Source: Eledone cirrhosa
Taxonomy: Eukaryota
Assembly (NCBI GenBank): GCA_964016885.1
Contig: OZ024742.1
Location: 66,650,001 to 66,714,000, forward strand
Direction: 5' to 3'
DNA: 64,000 nucleotides
The notes beneath the pieces are model-generated. The model had not been told where the DNA came from and did not search any database. It saw only the letters and a list, made by a program, of their open reading frames with translations. Shown one piece after another: positions 1-14,069 of the stretch; position 1 is the stretch's first letter; every line of letters begins with the position of its first letter. The position numbers and the translations under genes are program-made.

Positions 1-699
1 TAAATTTTCATTTCACTTCACATTTATTGTATGCATCTTTCTGCCCTGCCTAAGTTTTTAATGTCTTTCTTTCATTGTACTATGTAGCTTTTGTTCTCTT
101 TCTTTATCGCTTTCTCTATCTAATTTTGTTTCTTCTATTTGTATCTCTCTTTGATTCTATACATAAATCATCTTCGTTCCACACCAGCTCCACCTCATCA
201 TATCACATCATTACGTTTTACATATTCTCAATGTCCCACATATGATATACCTCATAATTTTCCAAAACACCCATAGACACACATAGATACCCACTCACGC
301 ATACATACACACACAAATGCATACGTTATCGACATAAACAGAGCTGCAAGCACGCTCTCTGGCAAACAGGAATGTCTTCTTTATCAAAACACACACACAC
401 TTACAGACACACAGTGTTAGAATACAACATAAATACTTTATCAACACACACAGCCCGATATAAATACCAACCTTTGTCCTGATGTCCAAAGAGAAATTTT
501 TCTTGATGTTTCTATTCATAAAGCCACGTATGTAGAACTGAGAATCCATTCTCTTCATGTTGTACATTACAATCAAAGACATTAGAATATTTCACAGCAA
601 TATTAACCACAATCACGTTTCACTTGCTTTGCTTCTATACTGGCGTCTGTTGAGAGCAAATGTATGTAATAACTATTTTCTCTCTTGATCACTTACCCG

Positions 700-879
700 T
701 CTCTCTCTCTTTCTTTCTCTCTCTCTCTCTCATTCTCTCTCTTTCTCTCTCTCTATCTCTCTTTCATTCTCTCTGTATATATATATACATATATATATGT
801 ATAGATGTATATATATATTTATATATATCTCTATATAAACACACGCGCGCACACACGCACACACACGCACACACACGCG

Positions 880-953
<74 letters not shown>

Positions 954-1062
954 TATATATATAGGTATATATATGCATGCATATGAATATATACACGCAT
1001 GCATACACGTATATTGTATGCACGCCTATGCACATATACATAAATATATATATATATATATG
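700..1062. repeat. Compound microsatellite (CT)n/(TA)n/(CA)n
   Basis: Directly visible dinucleotide runs; explains the overlapping poly-SL/HT/CV ORFs. Confidence 0.95.
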
Positions 1063-2163
1063 AGGAATGCCTTATTTACTGAAATTTCTCATGCGTACAG
1101 ACTAAGAAAGCAAATATCTAGCTGTCATCGTATGTATCTGTGATTGTTAAGGATAGAAAGTTTCATGAAATGAAGAATACATACACGAATGTGTTGTGAA
1201 AATGAACAAGCTTGTCAAACAAGCAGTTTGCAAGGATAGAGAATGTTCAAGATATTCCTCTCCCTGATTTTCCTGCTGCAAAATGCCCATTTTCCCTAGG
1301 CAGAGAGGAGAACCGTGCATACGACTGAATATTTTATATTCAACTATACGCAAATCTGGAATTCTTTTATATAACCTAAATGTGACCTCAGCATGAGTGT
1401 GTCTAGAGAGAATACTAAAGACTTATGTGACAATTTCGTAAGGACTATGTGACGATCTCAATATATTTGTGACCAAGTGCGGATTCATACATAAATTTAG
1501 CTGATTGACAGATACCACAGATAATCTGTTTATGCTTTGCTACATTTGAAACTCTTCTATGACAAAATTGCGACAAGAAAGAATAAAATAGGCAATTAGA
1601 AAAAGCTTTAGATATAAAGTTTGATAGCCGCATTCTAATGCGTAGATTTCCGAGAACACTTTGTTCATATCACACTCGAATGCCACCAGTTCTTTGGGGA
1701 ATACGGAATTTCTTCGTCAAGCTCACGCAATCAGGCAGTTAAACCTGAATGTTCGCTGCCCAAATGCTCTTATCCGGCACATCTAATAAATTCACACGCT
1801 ACATGCATGCTATAAGGGTGTTATAGTGGTGACAGAATCGGCCTCATATATCATCTAAAGATACATATAACATGTATAATACTATAAAATACTCTATATA
1901 TAGATGGGTGACTGAATACGTACGTGTGTTTTTTCCTCATCTGTTTATTCCTAAATTTTCTTCTCACTCCTTTTTTCATCTTATATTCCGAACTCTATCT
2001 TCTGATGAATGATAATATCCGGAATATTTAGGTGCTCTTCCTACTGTTTCAAGTGTTAAACTAATATATTTCTTACGTATATTGTGTCGTTTGCTTCGCT
2101 ACTTCTGTTTACATTTGAGACACATTCACACACACACACGCATACATATACATTATATACATA

Positions 2164-2195
<32 letters not shown>

Positions 2196-2205
2196 CACAT
2201 ATATA

Positions 2206-5200
2206 GTCCATTCCCATCCCGGACAAGAAGACCTACCTCAAATTCCTAATACAGAGTATCAATTCATTTATCCGGAGGGTACGATGGAAGGCTTTCAAAT
2301 ATGACAGAGGAACGTCCACTGACGCCGGAAGGACTGTCGATCGATATGGATTTACCACATGCAAGAACCCACCACATAACATCCTGCTGGACCCATTCGA
2401 GAAGGACCTCTTTAATCTCATCAGGAGCATTAAATTCAACAAGCAGAATCGGCGTAATAATAACTTCCTCGCAAAATTAGCAACAACCATCAAAAACTTT
2501 AAAAATAGCCACCTCATACATGTTATGTCCGATAAACCTAAAAATCTATATCCCATGCCTCCTGAAACTTACAACTCTTTCCTCCTTAAGGAGCTCAATA
2601 AGAATTATAAAAAAAACTAAGCCTAGGCCTTGGTTAAGGATTTACATCTTGACAGATTCACCTACCCATATGCACCCACAACACCAATATTTTCTCTAAA
2701 GGATCATAAGCCCAACTTTATTGAGAACCCTTCTATTAGGCATATTAGTCCAGCCACCTCTGACTTGGGTCGTATCAGCAAGAACATTCTTGATAGGATC
2801 ATCCCTGGAATGCGAGACGGTATCACCTATAAACTGTGGTCTAACACCGGCCAGGTCATTAGATGGTTCTCAGATCTTGGGTCCATAGACTCGATGAGGT
2901 TTCTCCAATTCGACATTGACAGTTACTACGCTTTCATATCCCCGGCACTGCTTAACAAAGCATTAACCTTAGCTCGCACTAGGTCAGACATACCTTATAA
3001 AGAGATTGACATCATTCTTATGACTAAGCAGACCATTATTGAGTTCAATGGCTCGTTCTGTACAAGAAAAGACAAAACCGATAATTTTGACATCAGAATG
3101 GGCTCTAGCGAATCTGCGCAAGTCACAGACTTAGTGCTGAGCTCCCAATTTTGCAAGGTGTATTATATAGGGACGACGCCCTATTTGCAGTCCACAACTG
3201 CACGAATCGCGGCATTGATTTGCTAAAAAAACAACTACATAGATTCTTTAAAAATAATGGTCTATCTATTACCATCGAACCTAGCCATAAGGTAGTGAAT
3301 TTCCTAGATGCCACCCTTGATCTTATTAACAAGTCATATTACCCTTATCATAAACCAGGTGAGATACTTACTTATATTAGCCCGCACTGTAACCACGCAC
3401 CGGCAGTCATCAGAGCTGTCATTAATTCTATCTCATATAGGATTTCAATGCTATCCGCCAACGAGGAGATATTTAATGCCCATGCAGCATATTGTAATAA
3501 GGCCCTTTCTGAGTCTGGTTATGCACAATCAATCTACTACATACCTAAAGGCCATAACACAGAACTTCACCACAACTCTAATTACTTTAACAATAGAACT
3601 AGAAACGCATAAGCATTTAGCCAGATTTGCCGAAAGTTTAGGCCTACCAATACCTATGCAGGTAATCGTAATAGTTACAGAGGCCTACTCCCTACTCCTA
3701 GTAGCAGATTCAAAATCAACCTTAGAATAGGAAAGAATAATAGATTGACCATTAGCAAGCACATTGGCAATAATAGCACTACTAATGCCCCTGCTGTTTC
3801 TGCTAGAGCCCACAGAAGTAACAGGCCTAGAAAAATCTCCTGGCTTAACCTCCCGTTCTCATCTAATTTAGCTACTAACATCCCTAAACGCTTCTTCTCC
3901 ATTCTATCTAAACATCCCCCCCCCCCACCATAGATATTACGAACTTTTTAATAAAAACAATATTAAAATCTCCTTCTCAATAACATGGAACTTAGCTAGC
4001 CACATTCGCATTTAGCAATCATCATAAACTATAACCCCGCCCCCTGCGGCACCCTCTCTATAAGTACACCATGCAACCACATCAATACTCATCGTAGTAG
4101 CAGCTCCCCCCCTACAATGCCATTAGTACACACCAGCAGCAAAGCTTAAACAACCCTGCTCCAACTAATCGCAACCCTAGTTGCAACTGCCGGAACTCCA
4201 CTGCATGCCCGCTTAACGGGCAGTACCTTACACACAATATCGTATATAGGTGCACCGTTAGAACGGCCTCATCTACTAGCTCATATATTGATTCTACATT
4301 TAAGGTTCGATATAACGCGCACTCATTTTCCTTCCGCGACCCTGGCCATAGATGCTCTACTTCTCTAGCTAGGCTCGTTAAAAACCTTAAACTGGCCAAC
4401 ATTGAACACTCACTAACTTGGGCTATCTTGGCTAGATCTCCAGCGTTTAATGGGAGGAAAAATTGTTGCGATCTCTGTCTCACCGAGGCCTATCACATAA
4501 CTCTGTCAACGACACATAAATGACAGGAATGAGTTAGTGACCAACTGCCACCACCGCAGAGCGAGCTCCTGCGCTAACAGAATATTTGACCCACCTTAGC
4601 CTATCATTTAATCACGCTCCTCCCCATAACTAACAAACTAAAACATATTCAGTCCCGCACGTAAACACCTATATGTTACCTCCCACAGCATTATCTTAGT
4701 CACATATCTCATTATAATTTTACCTATAAGCTACCTCTTTGTCATTATCTTAGTTGGCAGTATCAGTAGAGGGTCGGACGCCATGCTTTCCAGCATAGTT
4801 ACGTCCCTTTACGATCTGAGTTCAAATCCCGCTGAGGTTGACTTTGCCTTTCATCCTTACAGGTCGATAAAATAAAGTACCAGTAATGCACTGGGTAATT
4901 GCTGGCCTTGTGCCTACAGTAGAAACAATTATCTTAGTTACAACTCTTATTGTCGCATTTGGATCTTCAAGGAGTTGACTCCCTTGAAACCCATCTCTGT
5001 ACAATAAGGTAATTTCCGTACAAGAAGCCATCTTGTGCGTTTGGTGGCATTGTTTACTTTCAGTCTCGACAGATATGTAGCGGTTCTTTATAACATACAC
5101 TTGAATTTTCCAGTGCCCTTGGACCCCATCTAGGGACCTTCTAATCCGACGATTATTTACGGAAACGTAACCTTCTTATTTTATTTTATTTTATTTCTAC

Positions 5201-5460
5201 TTTATACATATTAATATTTTTATTATCTAACTAAGTTCTTAGGAGCTGATCCATAATATTATTCTATGTTAATTATCTTTCTCTGCAACAAATCAATAAC
5301 GATATTACCATCGATGGATCCAGAAACAATATATGGAATAGTGAAACAATTGTAAACTGACATTATTACCACCTTTTTTATATCAAACTGCACTTAATGT
5401 TGATACTTTTCGACTAATGTCTTCTATGTGAGCTTGTGGTCTTGATTTGCTTAACTACTG
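2206..5460 (+). mobile_element. Penelope-like retroelement, Naiad-type, 5'-truncated and decayed (RT + C-terminal GIY-YIG endonuclease)
   Basis: Frameshifted ORF pieces: N-terminal SFIRRVRWKAF; RT motifs LKDHKPNF..PSIRHISPA, FLQFDIDSYY, MGSSESAQVTDLV, LYRDD (~3166), NFLDATLDL, NHAPAV; WLNLPFS; endonuclease CNCRNSTACPLNG..IVYRC..V (~4182) and C-terminal CDLCLTE. Both ends abut (TA)n. Confidence 0.88.
4754..4930 (+). mobile_element. tRNA-derived SINE (octopus-type, Meta-like central domain) inserted in the PLE 3' region
   Basis: B-box GAGTTCAAATCCC, central GCCTTTCATCCTTACAGGTCGATAAAATAAAGTACCAG, tail GGCCTTGTGCC..AGTAGAAACAATT; five copies in the window. Confidence 0.85.
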
Positions 5461-5545
5461 AATATATATATATATATATATATTTATTAATTATATATTT
5501 GATATATATTTATCCTTATCGAGCTCTCTTTGGATTTATTATTAT

Positions 5546-5612
<67 letters not shown>

Positions 5613-5740
5613 AAGGTTTTATTTAAAATGTTTGGGTTACAAAAGTAAATATTTTATAACTGATATAAAGCACTCGACAAGTTTTGGGAGTATATATACG
5701 ATATTAAAACAAATGGAAACTATATTTATAAAACCATATT

Positions 5741-5806
5741 TATTTCATTATACATATTTCTGGGATACCATATTACAAATATGGCATGCCTTCTTCAGAT
5801 AAAATA
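5741..5806 (-). ncRNA. Type-I hammerhead ribozyme motif in inverted pLTR
   Basis: Minus strand: UAUUUUAU-CUGAAGA-long stem II-GAAA-UAUGUA-UA/AUGAAAUA; stem II closing pair is A/A here. Confidence 0.65.
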
Positions 5807-6394
5807 CAATATATAAACAGTTTTTCAATTTTTAATAGACATATTATAAAATTAACTTACTCGTCCACCAAAAATTTAGCACAAAATATTAACAGAATTA
5901 ATAATAGGAATTTAAAACCTAACCAAAATACCAATAATAACCCAAACAATATTCAATTAAATAACTGTAACTGTAGAAATAAATCTAACTGTCCGTTAAA
6001 TAACAATTGCTTAGTTAAAAATGTAGTATACAATTGTAATGTTAAAACTAACTTAAATTCTTTCAACTATGTTGGTTCCACCTCGACAGAATTTAAACCT
6101 CGCTTCAATAATCATAAGAATTCTTTCACAGATCCAAACAAAAAATCCTCAACTTCGCTATCAAGCCTACTCTGGCAACTTAAACGAGATAATGTTAAGT
6201 ATTCGATGTTTTGGAATATTGTCTCAAAGGGAATTCCCTTTAATTCCTCATCAGAGACATGTGATCTCTGTGTGGAGGAGGTATTCTTCATATTAAAGTC
6301 CAAAAATTCCCTTAATTTAAGGAGCAATTTATTCAGTTGCTGCAGACATAGATTGAACTCAACGTTTAAATATAAATATAAATTTAAAATGTAG
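5786..6394 (+). pseudogene. GIY-YIG endonuclease domain of Naiad-type PLE (open frame, 5'-truncated)
   Basis: CNCRNKSNCPLNNNCL..NVVYNC..YVGST..FKPRFNNHK..STSLS..W..CDLC..E..LN.RS..CRH. The first ~13 codons come from the inverted pLTR, so the ATG is probably not native. Confidence 0.85.
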
Positions 6395-7457
6395 TATAAT
6401 TAATTAAGAAATTTAGTTAATATATGAAATCTGACGATAAATCATTTGATTCCTTCACCTTTTTCTTTTTAAATCTTCTTCCTAAATATAAACAGAGATG
6501 AAATAAACTACTCTAAAATGTATATGCCCCCAATGTATTAAATAAATTTTACGCAAGATAAATTGCTATACTAAATATAAGGGCATCCGTAGAATCACTG
6601 GGTCTTCTAAATCTTTTAAATAATTTTTGTTAAATAATTTTTGGTTTTTATTTGTTATTTGACTCTGATAGTTTATAACTAACTTTGCAATATATTGTTT
6701 GAAATATAGGAAGGATAGATTTCTGTAGTAAATATATGAAGCATATTGTGTTTGGTCTGAGATACTCTATAATGTGTTGAAAGTATTTTAATGTTTTGAT
6801 GTTTCTGTGCTGATATATTGATATTTGATTATCTCTATACAAAGGCCATATGTGTATTAACATGCATATAGAAGGTTTATAGAGTTTATTTTATGTGTTC
6901 ATGTGTCTGTATATGTGCGTAAAGATGCTGGAAAACTCACGCAGATTTTATATATATATATATAGGTATGGTTTTGTATATGTTACAGATATGCATAATA
7001 TTAAATACATAAACGGTAATCATATATGTGAGAACATGAATATTAATCGTATATTTATGTATATATACAGTGAAATCTTTATAACACAAGAAATATTTTG
7101 TATGACACAAGAAATTATAGAGTTGATCAGGTGAAGTCATGTGTATGTCTATATTATTGACTAGAGTTCGACATCATTTTCTCTTTTTTCTTTTTTCAGA
7201 AAGTAAATATACGTGTATATATATATATATATTTCCGTATTTTTATAAATAGGGTCATTTTTTGAAGGTTTTATCTCAGATTTTGGTATATTGACCTCAG
7301 AGTTTTAAACTAAACATATGGTCATTATTGAACAATGTTATTTTCTCATATTATATATCTATGTCTCATTCATGAATATTGATATTTGCATTCTTATTAT
7401 CCATTTCATATGAATTGATAATTCAAATTGATATGACATGACGTAAAGATGTAACTG

Positions 7458-7968
7458 TATCCTTCTCTCTATACCACTTTCTCCTCTCTCTTGAGTTTGT
7501 CTTTGTGTATGATGAATTATTATGTATCTATCGCTTTCGTTTGCCTCTCCTATTTCTCTCTTGTTTCTCTTTCACTTCCTCCTATATATTTATATTTTCT
7601 CTCTCTCTTCCCTTCCTCCCCCCTCTCTCTCTCTTCCCTTCCTCCCCCCTCTCTCTCTCCGTGTTTTCTTTATCTCCAGTTTTTTCTTTCTCTCCGTCTT
7701 TTTTCTAACTGTGCTTAACACTATAACTAAATAATTATTATCCTCCTCTCTCTATATAGTACTCCCTCTCTCTTGAGTTTTTCTATATGTATGGTGAATT
7801 ATTATTTATCTGTTGCTTTCGTTTGCCTCTCTTATTTCTTCCTTGTTTCTTTTTCACCTCCTCCTTTCTTTCTCTCCCCTCTATTTCTCTGTTTTTTCTT
7901 TACCTCCGTTTCTTCTATCTCTCCGTCTTTTTTCTAACTGTGCTTAACACTATAACTAAATAATTATA
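7458..7968. repeat. Imperfect tandem duplication (~280 and ~225 bp units) in PLE 3' region
   Basis: Both units end in TCTCCGTCTTTTTTCTAACTGTGCTTAACACTATAACTAAATAATTAT. Confidence 0.85.
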
Positions 7969-8056
7969 AACAAATCACTACCCAGACAGCTTCCTAATTT
8001 AATGGTCGCTTATAATATGGTACGTCAAAATTATTTATAAAACTGTTTATATATTG

Positions 8057-8122
8057 TATTTTATCTGACGAAGGCATGCCATATTTTTAATATGGTATCC
8101 CTGAAATATGTATAATGAAATA
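8057..8122 (+). ncRNA. Type-I hammerhead ribozyme motif in 3' pLTR
   Basis: Stem I UAUUUUAU/AUGAAAUA (8 bp), core CUGACGA (8065-8071), stem II AGG.AUGCCAUAUU/AAUAUGGUAU.CCU, GAAA, short self-complementary stem III, predicted cleavage after AUA (8114). Confidence 0.75.
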
Positions 8123-8579
8123 AATATGGTTTTATAAATATAGTTTCCATTTGTTTTAATATCGTATATATATATATACACATATGTGTGTGTCTGTGTG
8201 TTACATGATCTATCACAAAAGAAAAAGTATAACTACAATTTTTTTTACGCTCTCAAGGACTCAAACAATTACATGTAGACACATCGCCAAATCTAGCATA
8301 TGTACACCGCTCAAGTAACCAATTTACGTTAAAATAAGAACCACGCCAATCAGAACCAAACTCAAAACACTTTCATGAATAGCAATAACACAACTTATAC
8401 TAATTATTCGTACGGAGGTGATGGTCGTTTTCTTATGTAGTTTCCTAGTCGTTATTTTAATGCCTCTCTTTATATATATATATATAATAAGGTTTGACGG
8501 ACCCACCATATTTATCAATGCCAGTACCGGTTGTATCTCAGCGCACTCCATGAGCAATGTAAGATACATTCCGAGAGTA

Positions 8580-9265
<686 letters not shown>

Positions 9266-9289
9266 TGTAAGATACATTCCCAGAGTATG

Positions 9290-9325
<36 letters not shown>

Positions 9326-9395
9326 ACCAAGGTTTAGCAAATAGAGTAAAAGTTTTAAATTAAATTTTAAAAAGTTTTCTGTACTTACTATATTT

Positions 9396-9479
9396 ACCCT
9401 TACCGCGCGGTTTCAAGTCTCAAAATAAATGGATAGTCCATGCGGAACATCATTGAGAAGGAGATTTTCGTCAGAGGGT
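9396..9479 (-). ncRNA. Type-I hammerhead ribozyme, long stem II, palindromic stem III
   Basis: Minus strand: ACCCU-CUGACGA-AAAUCUC...GAGACUU-GAAA-CCGCGCGG-UA/AGGGU. Lies in a ~270-bp element (9325-9597) between (TA)n runs. Confidence 0.8.
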
Positions 9480-9594
9480 TCTTCTCACTCGGAAAATATA
9501 AAACTGCCGAGTTCAAATCACGAAGTGGTGCCATACAGAACTGTTCCCGGATAAGAGTGTACGATAAAGAAACAATCTTGTCTAGTGCCGTGTG

Positions 9595-9667
<73 letters not shown>

Positions 9668-10012
9668 ATATGAAGAGAGAACGGGGGTTAGAGAGAAGGA
9701 GAGAGATTCATTCATATATATATATACATACACGTACCTATATGCACAATTACATGCATACAAAAGCATACACCTACAAAAATGTATTCGAACATTTATG
9801 TGATGGTTTGCGTGTGTACAACGTTAATATTATCGATACTTGTTTTTATTCTCCCAGTCATTGCTAATTCGCCTCAATAAATGTATATTGTAATAGGCAT
9901 GTATGTATGACTATCCGAGCGTGTTAGTTTATAAGATTGTGCACGAATGTTTAAACACCACACACACACATATATACATTTATAAATATAAATATATATA
10001 TGTGTGTGTGTA

Positions 10013-10072
<60 letters not shown>

Positions 10073-11062
10073 TGTATGTGTGTGTATGTGTGTGTGTGTA
10101 TGCGTGCGCGTTTGTGTGGTTATGTATGTGTGTGTGTGTGTGCTTCTTTGCATATTCATATGTGTTATTTACAATTAATAATAAGGGCCGAAAGGTATGC
10201 TTGTGAATAAGAAAAAGGTTACGTACACGTATACAAATATATACATAAACCTTTAATTTGTGGGTATACATATAGTTTCTAGAAATTATGTGTCTATGAG
10301 TGTTTAAACTCAAATACATACAAGATGACATACATTAATACATAGATCGCACTCCCTATTCATGATCATTCGTGACTGTATGACAATGAATAAATATAAC
10401 TGTACTTATCCATTAATAGAATAAAATAACCTATGCACTTCAGTATTACTAAAATAAATGTTGAAATATATCTCATCGTGCTGCATACGTGGTATGTATA
10501 TATGTGTGTGTGTTTGTGTATGTGTCTGTGTGTGTGTGCTCCTGTCTGTCTGTGGGCGTAAACACACACACATATGTATATACATACATACATATATCTA
10601 TATGCATATATATATTTGTGTACTTATATTCATATATAAACATACATATATACAATCATATATATCTATATATATATTTATATATGCCAAATGTAAAACT
10701 ATAAAACTAGATATACAAATGTCAGTCGTTTCAGAAGTTAAAAAAATCTCTCTATATCATTGAACTTGATTTTATGAATTTTCACTTTACATTATTCGAT
10801 TAATTTGATGTACAACACTCTTGTTTAAGGAATAAGAAAATATTTTAAAAGGTAATATTTCCATCGATGTATGTATATTTATTTATACATATAAATCCAG
10901 GTGCAAATGATATGGATCGTAAACAATGGTTCACCGAGTTTCGTGGTAGATGAGGGTTCGATGGCGGCGAACATAATTTGAATTATACACTCCACACCAC
11001 AACCCCACATTCACCTCTCCAGCCCCCAACAACCACCCACCCCACATATATATACTAATATA

Positions 11063-11141
11063 CAGTATGTCCCCAAAAATGTATACGCACTTTTATTGCT
11101 TTATATGACGTTGCAGTATGTATACATATTTGGGGGACACC

Positions 11142-11144
<3 letters not shown>
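11063..11144. mobile_element. 82-bp Tc1/mariner-type MITE
   Basis: TA|CAGTATGTCCCCAAAAATGTATAC ... GTATACATATTTGGGGGACACCCTG|TA: imperfect ~25-bp TIRs resembling CAGGGTGTCCC, with a TA target duplication. Confidence 0.7.
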
Positions 11145-11217
<73 letters not shown>

Positions 11218-11339
11218 GAGTAGAGTATAGTATCATAAAAAACGAGGAATCAGCATTGCATCAAATCATAATTTATTAACATATTACAGATGTTTCTTCG
11301 CCGATCTGCTCCAGGTAGGATCTGTTGCAGATATATATA

Positions 11340-12790
11340 TATTGTTATACTTTGGGAGGGTCATGCTGCCAATAAATAGACACGCACCTAATGATTTTCA
11401 CTTGAATTTATTTTAAGTTTCCGGTTGGGTGTTTGGTTTGTTTGATAACCGGATGGATGTTTATATACTGTCAAAGCTCTTTCGTCCCACATTCTGTGAC
11501 CTCATCAATGACTAGATTTTTGTTTTGTGTCTGTCCTTTATTCTGTCATACATGATCTTATTTTTGTGCGTTGTGTGCTTAGTCTGCGCATTTGTTACGT
11601 CAGGATATGTGTGGTTACATCAGGATATGATTGTGTTTATTCATTTATGTGTTTACTTGTCACTAGCTGGTTGTTTTTTTCTATCTGTGTGTGTCTGATT
11701 TCGTTTGTTAGTTTGGTTTTTGTGTGTGTCTGTATGTGTTCATGTAATCTTTAATTACCAGTTATGATATTGCTATGCCACTCATGCTCTCTGTTTAATT
11801 TTAGTTAGAGTTCATATATGTTTATCGCTTCTGTGATTTGTCGGAGCATTGCATCTTTTCTCTGTATGGACATAATTTGCATCTATATGTTCTATAATGT
11901 GCCCCTATGTTCTATTGTTGCATGTTGGTAGAGTACTGATGCCTTTTTCCAATCCTGGAGTTCTCACCAGTGTTCACTTATTCTTTCTCCTACGCTACAG
12001 GCTGTTTCACTTATGTATATTTTGTTCTTATTCCTACACTGCCCCTCAGTACATCTTATGCTATATACTACATTCCTAGTTTTGCAGTTCTTTTGGCGAC
12101 TTAACTTACAGACCATGCATTTCCTATCAGTACAGGGGGTCTTTGAAATAGGTATGTTTTACTAATTAGAGCTTTTATGGGAATACCTGGTCTTTTAACT
12201 ACCTTAATGTTTAATTTGAGCTTAGTAAGACCCTTCCAAATCTGTAAGCTACTTCACCTCTAGGGGTTGTCTTGACGAACATTACACGCTTGTATTTATT
12301 GATAACATACCATAAGTTGATTTTATTTTCCTTATTCCTAATCATTTTTATTATGTTCAAAATTTGCTCCTATACATCTAAAAGTCTTCCGTACGCTGAT
12401 GCACAAAATGGAGAGATTGTATCTCCAGCCAATGGAACCGTACATCATCAAAACAAGCGAGGTAATACCACAAGAGCATGAGGAAAGAGAAAAACCCTCA
12501 TATGATGATGTTGACTAGCATAATGCAGCCTAATAAACGGACTGCCAACAACGTCCAGGCCTGGAACAATGACGTACCAACTCTGCATGACCTTCACAAG
12601 GACCACCAACACGGCCAGTCTGTGGAGCTAACATTCTTAGCAACTGCAGACTCTCCTACTTCTTATCCCTGATCATGCGCCCTATCATCGAAGTGTCCCC
12701 AGATATAAGCGACAGCACGAAGTATAACAATATCTGTTTCAACACGTGTTTTCAGACACAAAATATTGAAAAACAAATTCAAAAACAATA
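11340..12790 (-). mobile_element. Decayed PLE of a further clade: GIY-YIG endonuclease remnant plus 3' region
   Basis: Manual minus-strand translation of ~12280-11752 (stops and frameshifts): FVKTTPRGEVA..KVVKRPG..CTDRKCMVC..CKTRNVVYSIRC..C..IYISETA..ERISEH..SVLYQH..MLRQITEAINI..LNREHEW. Same family at 24460-24690, 34813-34920 and 51088-51768. Confidence 0.75.
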
Positions 12791-13014
12791 TATATATATA
12801 TGTATATATGTGAGCCATTTATCTCATGTAGAATTTTGACATTTCTAGTACTTTTTAACGGAGAGATATGTTAGAGTGTTTGCTGATACCACATTTAATC
12901 TAGTTGCCATATATTCTGTATTAATTCTGTTTCTATTTTTTACATGTTAAGAAATGACAGTAAAGAAATATAAATAAATCAATATACCATAATATTGCTA
13001 ATTGCTGGTAATAA

Positions 13015-13200
13015 TTAATTGTTTCTACTTTTGGTACAAGGCCAGCTATTATTCCAGTGTATTAATGCTACTTTATTTTATCGACCCCGTAAGGATGAAA
13101 GGCAAAGTTAACCTCGGCGGGATTTGAACTCAGAATGGCAAGAGCCGTAACTCTATGCGACAAAGCATGGCGTCCGACCCTCTACCGATACTGCCAATCC
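13015..13200 (-). mobile_element. tRNA-derived SINE (octopus-type)
   Basis: Reverse complement of the 4754-4930 SINE. Confidence 0.85.
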
Positions 13201-13350
13201 AAATGAATATAAGAAATAAATAATTTAAGCAAATGTTTGCATTACGTATTTACAATTTACCAACAACTTCAAAAACCTTTCTTTAATTCATGTTTTATTA
13301 AACATGGAATTCAAAAAGTGTTCCATTTCATAATATATTCCGCATTTCTT

Positions 13351-13535
13351 TGGATTGGCAGTATCGGTGGAGAGTCTGACGCCATGCTTTTCAACATAGA
13401 GTTACGGCCCTTTACGATCTGAGTTCAAATCCCGACGAGGTTAACTTTGCCTTTCATCCTTACGGGGTCGATAAAATAAAGTACCAGTAATACACTGGGG
13501 TAATAACTGGCCTTGTGCCAAAAGTAGAAACAATT
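13351..13535 (+). mobile_element. tRNA-derived SINE (octopus-type)
   Basis: Same family as 4754-4930; head-to-head with the 13015-13200 copy. Confidence 0.85.
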
Positions 13536-13976
13536 ATTATAATCTAGTTTGCAAAGGATTGGCAGCGTATTCGCCATGCTGGAATATTTCAAATTTGTTA
13601 AATGAGTGCTTTGATGATTCTAGGGAGCTTTATGGCTGAACATTAGCAAATGTTTGTTGTGAGTCCAAGAATTTTGAAGATATTTAACAGCTGCGCTTTT
13701 TATATAGCGTTGATGTTTATGCTGCCGTTGTTATCGTTGAAGTTGTGGTCATTGTTTTTGTTATAAATTGAACATTACTTGCTTTCAAGTTCATTGATGT
13801 GCCTCAGAATTTCCTTCTTTTGCAGAAATAGTATTTTGGTAATCCTATAGTTGGTTTTAGCAACGCATTTTAAACATTAATCAGGATTATTTAGCGTAAT
13901 AATAGAGCCCTCCTTAACTATCCCATTGTTGTGGGTTTTGATTTCTCACTTAACTAGTATTATAGACTTTTGCGTA

Positions 13977-14069
13977 TCTTCTTCTTCTTCTTCTTCTTCT
14001 TCTTCTTCTTCTTCTTCTTCTTCTTCTTCTTCTTCTTCTTCTTCTTCTTCTTCTTCTTCTTCTTCTTCT
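13977..14069. repeat. (CTT)n microsatellite
   Basis: Pure trinucleotide run; source of the poly-S and poly-R ORFs. Confidence 0.95.

Larger units (their letters stand above)
5610..8168 (+). mobile_element. Naiad-type PLE 3' fragment with inverted 5' pLTR and terminal 3' pLTR
   Basis: GIY-YIG ORF 5786-6394; ~5695-5825 is the reverse complement of ~8035-8165, the classic PLE inverted-pLTR layout; both arms carry an HHR; flanked by (TA)n. Confidence 0.85.

Noticed and set aside
11284-11335. Half hammerhead (GAAA-CAUCUG-UA, minus strand); similar GAAACAATTGTA halves at ~5343 and ~21511
   Set aside because: The CUGANGA half is missing or unrecognisable, so no ribozyme can be called.
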